From positions 1 through 16,231 of the forward strand of contig CAYJPZ010000087.1 of the NCBI GenBank assembly GCA_964372185.1: a stretch of 16,231 nucleotides of DNA. The letters are read 5' to 3'. Position numbers and translations under genes: made by a program. The notes below the pieces were generated by a model. The model was not told where the DNA came from. It did not search any database and saw only the letters and a program-made list of their open reading frames with translations. Source of the stretch: an uncultured candidatus Brocadiaceae bacterium (GTDB lineage Bacteria > Planctomycetota > Brocadiia > Brocadiales > Brocadiaceae). Below, piece by piece: positions 14,164 through 16,231 of this stretch; position 1 is the first letter of the stretch, and each line of letters starts with the position of its first letter.

Positions 14164-15375
14164 ATGCCAAAGGTAGTCATCACCGGTTTAGGATTAGTTA
14201 CACCCGTCGGTACCGGCATAAAAAAAAGCTGGGAGTCGTTCCTCCGGGGCAGGAGCGGCGCAAACGAGATGAAGTCCTTTGACACCTCGAAATACAAGGT
14301 ACACCGCTCCTGTGAGGTAAAAGACTTTGCCCTGGACGTCGAACTGGACAACCAGATAAAAGAAAACACCATCCACAAATACGTCTATTACGCCGCACGT
14401 GAAGCACTCCTGGAAAGCGGCCTGCCGGACGAAAAGCATTGTGACCGTGAACGGTTCGGCGTCGCCATTGGAACACTGGCCGCAGAACTAACCCCTTTTG
14501 AGCGATTGCTGAGAGTAGACACCTCGAAAAAAGACAACGGTTTTGACAAAATCGTTGCAGCCGTCTATCCGCCCAACTCCATCACCAACGTCCTTGCCCG
14601 ATATTTCGGCTTTGAAGGTCCGACGATGATCTCGCTGAATGCCTGCTCTTCCGGCAACCACGCTATCGCCTGGGCGTATGACCGCCTGATGGAAGACAAG
14701 GTTGACGTGGTAATGGTCGGCGGAGGAGATATGATCCCTCAAACGGAGTTCACCCACTTCCACAACCTCAAGTCCCTTGCGCCGGAACGGTGCCAGCCCT
14801 TCGACAAAAATCGTCAGGGTCTCATGATTGGCGAGGGCGCCGGCATCCTCATCATGGAACGCTATGAATTTGCGAAAAAACGCGGTGCGAAGATTATTGC
14901 CGAAATGGCCGGATACGGGCTAAGCTGCGATGGATTCCACATGACCGCGCCCCATCCGGAAGGTAATGGCGCCGTGAAATGCATGAGCGATGCGCTGAAG
15001 ATGGCAGGGCTTTCGTCCGCCGATATCGACTACATCAATGCGCATGGCACAGGCACCCCGCACAACGACAAATCGGAGACCATCGCCATAAAGCGGGTAT
15101 TCCAGGACCGCGCTTACAAGATACCGTGCAGTTCCACAAAATCAATGATTGGCCATCTTATGGGCGCCGCCAGCGCCGTTGAATCGGTCATCTGCTGCCT
15201 GGCATTGCGGCACGGGATGCTGCCCCCAACGATTAACTACGAAACACCCGATCCCGAATGCGATCTCGACTATATACCGAATACCGCACGAGAATGGAAG
15301 GTAAGGCACGTCCTAAACAACTCCTTCGCATTCGGCGGGAATAATGCAACGACGATATTTAGCCGGGTAGATTAA
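14164..15375 (+). CDS. fabF: beta-ketoacyl-[ACP] synthase II-like condensing enzyme (FabF/KAS family, Cys-His-His)
   Basis: MPKVVITGLGLVTPVG...ISLNACSSGNHAI (active Cys)...DGFHMTAPHP (His)...YINAHGTGTPHND (His)...STKSMIGHLMGAAS...NSFAFGGNNAT. The track ORF opens at a TTG at 14143. I prefer the ATG at 14164 because it gives the family-typical N-terminus, but the start is uncertain. Confidence 0.9.
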   Translation: MPKVVITGLGLVTPVGTGIKKSWESFLRGRSGANEMKSFDTSKYKVHRSCEVKDFALDVELDNQIKENTIHKYVYYAAREALLESGLPDEKHCDRERFGVAIGTLAAELTPFERLLRVDTSKKDNGFDKIVAAVYPPNSITNVLARYFGFEGPTMISLNACSSGNHAIAWAYDRLMEDKVDVVMVGGGDMIPQTEFTHFHNLKSLAPERCQPFDKNRQGLMIGEGAGILIMERYEFAKKRGAKIIAEMAGYGLSCDGFHMTAPHPEGNGAVKCMSDALKMAGLSSADIDYINAHGTGTPHNDKSETIAIKRVFQDRAYKIPCSSTKSMIGHLMGAASAVESVICCLALRHGMLPPTINYETPDPECDLDYIPNTAREWKVRHVLNNSFAFGGNNATTIFSRVD

Positions 15376-15418
15376 GCGAATTAATCGTTAAACCGGCTGG
15401 GCTGGGCGGCATGGACAA

Positions 15419-15535
15419 ACCCCGTTTATCCGCGCCTGTTTGTGACCCACAACATTCCTTTGTTAAAAAATTAAGCAGCGTATTTTTTGCAAAGGGTTTT
15501 TGGCACCCTGTGTCGTCAATGGCAAGAAGCCCGTC
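15419..15535 (-). mobile_element. short relic of an IS701-family (DDE) transposase
   Basis: The minus-strand frame reads DGLLAIDDTGCQKPFAKNTLLNFLTKECCGSQTGADKRG. This resembles the conserved DG.L..D.TGF.KKG..SVGV.RQYCG..GK..N block of IS701-type transposases. Only ~40 codons are present, with no ends or inverted repeats identified. Confidence 0.35.
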
Positions 15536-15586
15536 TTTTGTGGATACAGTGGTTCTTCGTTTTTGAATAATTTCCAGTGACTGGAA

Positions 15587-16231
15587 ATGAAGATGGTAAA
15601 GAGCAGAGAGAATAGCATAAAAGAAGAACCGATTGAAAAACAGCTTTGGAAGGCGGCAGACAAGCTCCGTAAGAATATTGATGCCGCAGAATACAAGCAC
15701 ATTGTCCTCGGTTTGATCTTCCTGAGATACATTTCCGACGCCTTTGAAGCCTTGCATACCAGGCTGAAAAACGGCACGGGTGAATACGCCGGGGCAGACC
15801 CCGAAGATAAGGACGAATACAAGGCGGAAAATGTCTTCTTTGTCCCCGAAATTGCCCGCTGGTCATATCTGCAATCCAAAGCAAAGCTTCCTACCATCGG
15901 CAAAGAAGTTGATAATGCGATGGACGCCATCGAGAAGGATAATCCATCGCTCAAAGACGTACTGCCGAAGGTCTTTGCGCGCGGAAACCTTGACCCCACC
16001 AGCCTTGGATGTTTAATAGACCTTGTTGGGAACATTGCCCTTGTCGATGCAAAAGCCCGCAGCGCCGACGTGCTCGGCCATGTGTTTGAATACTTCCTCG
16101 GTGAATTTGCCCTTGCCGAAGGAAAGAAGGGCGGGCAGTTCTATACGCCGCGAAGCGTTGTTGAGCTTTTGGTAGAGATGCTTGAACCGCATAAAGGCCG
16201 GGTGTTTGACCCCTGTTGCGGTTCGGGTGGT
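15587..16231 (+). CDS. hsdM: type I restriction-modification system methyltransferase subunit HsdM (5' partial, runs off window)
   Basis: Hand translation gives 215 codons with no stop: [54 protein letters not shown]...[20 protein letters not shown]...[53 protein letters not shown]. This is the HsdM N-terminal domain followed by the AdoMet motif I. It is absent from the ORF track only because it lacks a stop in the window. Confidence 0.9.
   Translation, partial: MKMVKSRENSIKEEPIEKQLWKAADKLRKNIDAAEYKHIVLGLIFLRYISDAFEALHTRLKNGTGEYAGADPEDKDEYKAENVFFVPEIARWSYLQSKAKLPTIGKEVDNAMDAIEKDNPSLKDVLPKVFARGNLDPTSLGCLIDLVGNIALVDAKARSADVLGHVFEYFLGEFALAEGKKGGQFYTPRSVVELLVEMLEPHKGRVFDPCCGSGG

Noticed and set aside
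15359-16035. Minus-strand ORFs of 132, 190 and 122 aa
   Set aside because: The parts that overlap 15587 onward are antisense to the clearly coding hsdM frame. Only the short IS701-like block (15419-15535) of the 132-aa ORF looks meaningful.
1-16231. CRISPR arrays, rRNA genes or long dispersed repeats
   Set aside because: No regularly spaced short direct repeats and no rRNA-like sequence were seen. The only substantial repeat is the fliW duplication family.

Overview
Prokaryotic chromosomal window of moderate GC. The left end is clearly AT-rich and 1.5-2.1 kb is a GC-rich block. From left to right:
(1) A relic of a chromosomal integron on the minus strand: a doubly damaged intI, two attC-like imperfect palindromes and two cassette ORFs (a membrane-anchored unknown and an Mrr-like PD-(D/E)xK nuclease).
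(2) An ABC-F ATPase.
(3) csrA preceded by three FliW modules. One is a free fliW. The other two are fused into a single tandem-FliW ORF with a 453-nt repeat period. No flagellar genes are nearby.
(4) An M20D amidohydrolase.
(5) A GGDEF diguanylate cyclase whose upstream receiver domain appears decayed by three in-frame TAA stops.
(6) ogt and a polytopic membrane protein.
(7) tRNA-Ala(CGC).
(8) A plus-strand lipid-type cluster: acpS, a frameshifted DUF1640-like gene, a B12-binding radical SAM gene, a small tail-anchored coiled-coil protein and a FabF-like KAS.
(9) A scrap of an IS701-type transposase, then the 5' part of a type I R-M hsdM that runs off the window. hsdM is absent from the ORF track because it has no stop; I translated it by hand.
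The best candidates for something new are the CsrA/triple-FliW locus with its GGA-dense conserved leaders and the acpS-rSAM-KAS cluster. Host identity cannot be established from the sequence. The co-oriented integron layout and the rSAM/KAS cluster would fit a Planctomycetota/anammox-like lineage, but that is only an inference.
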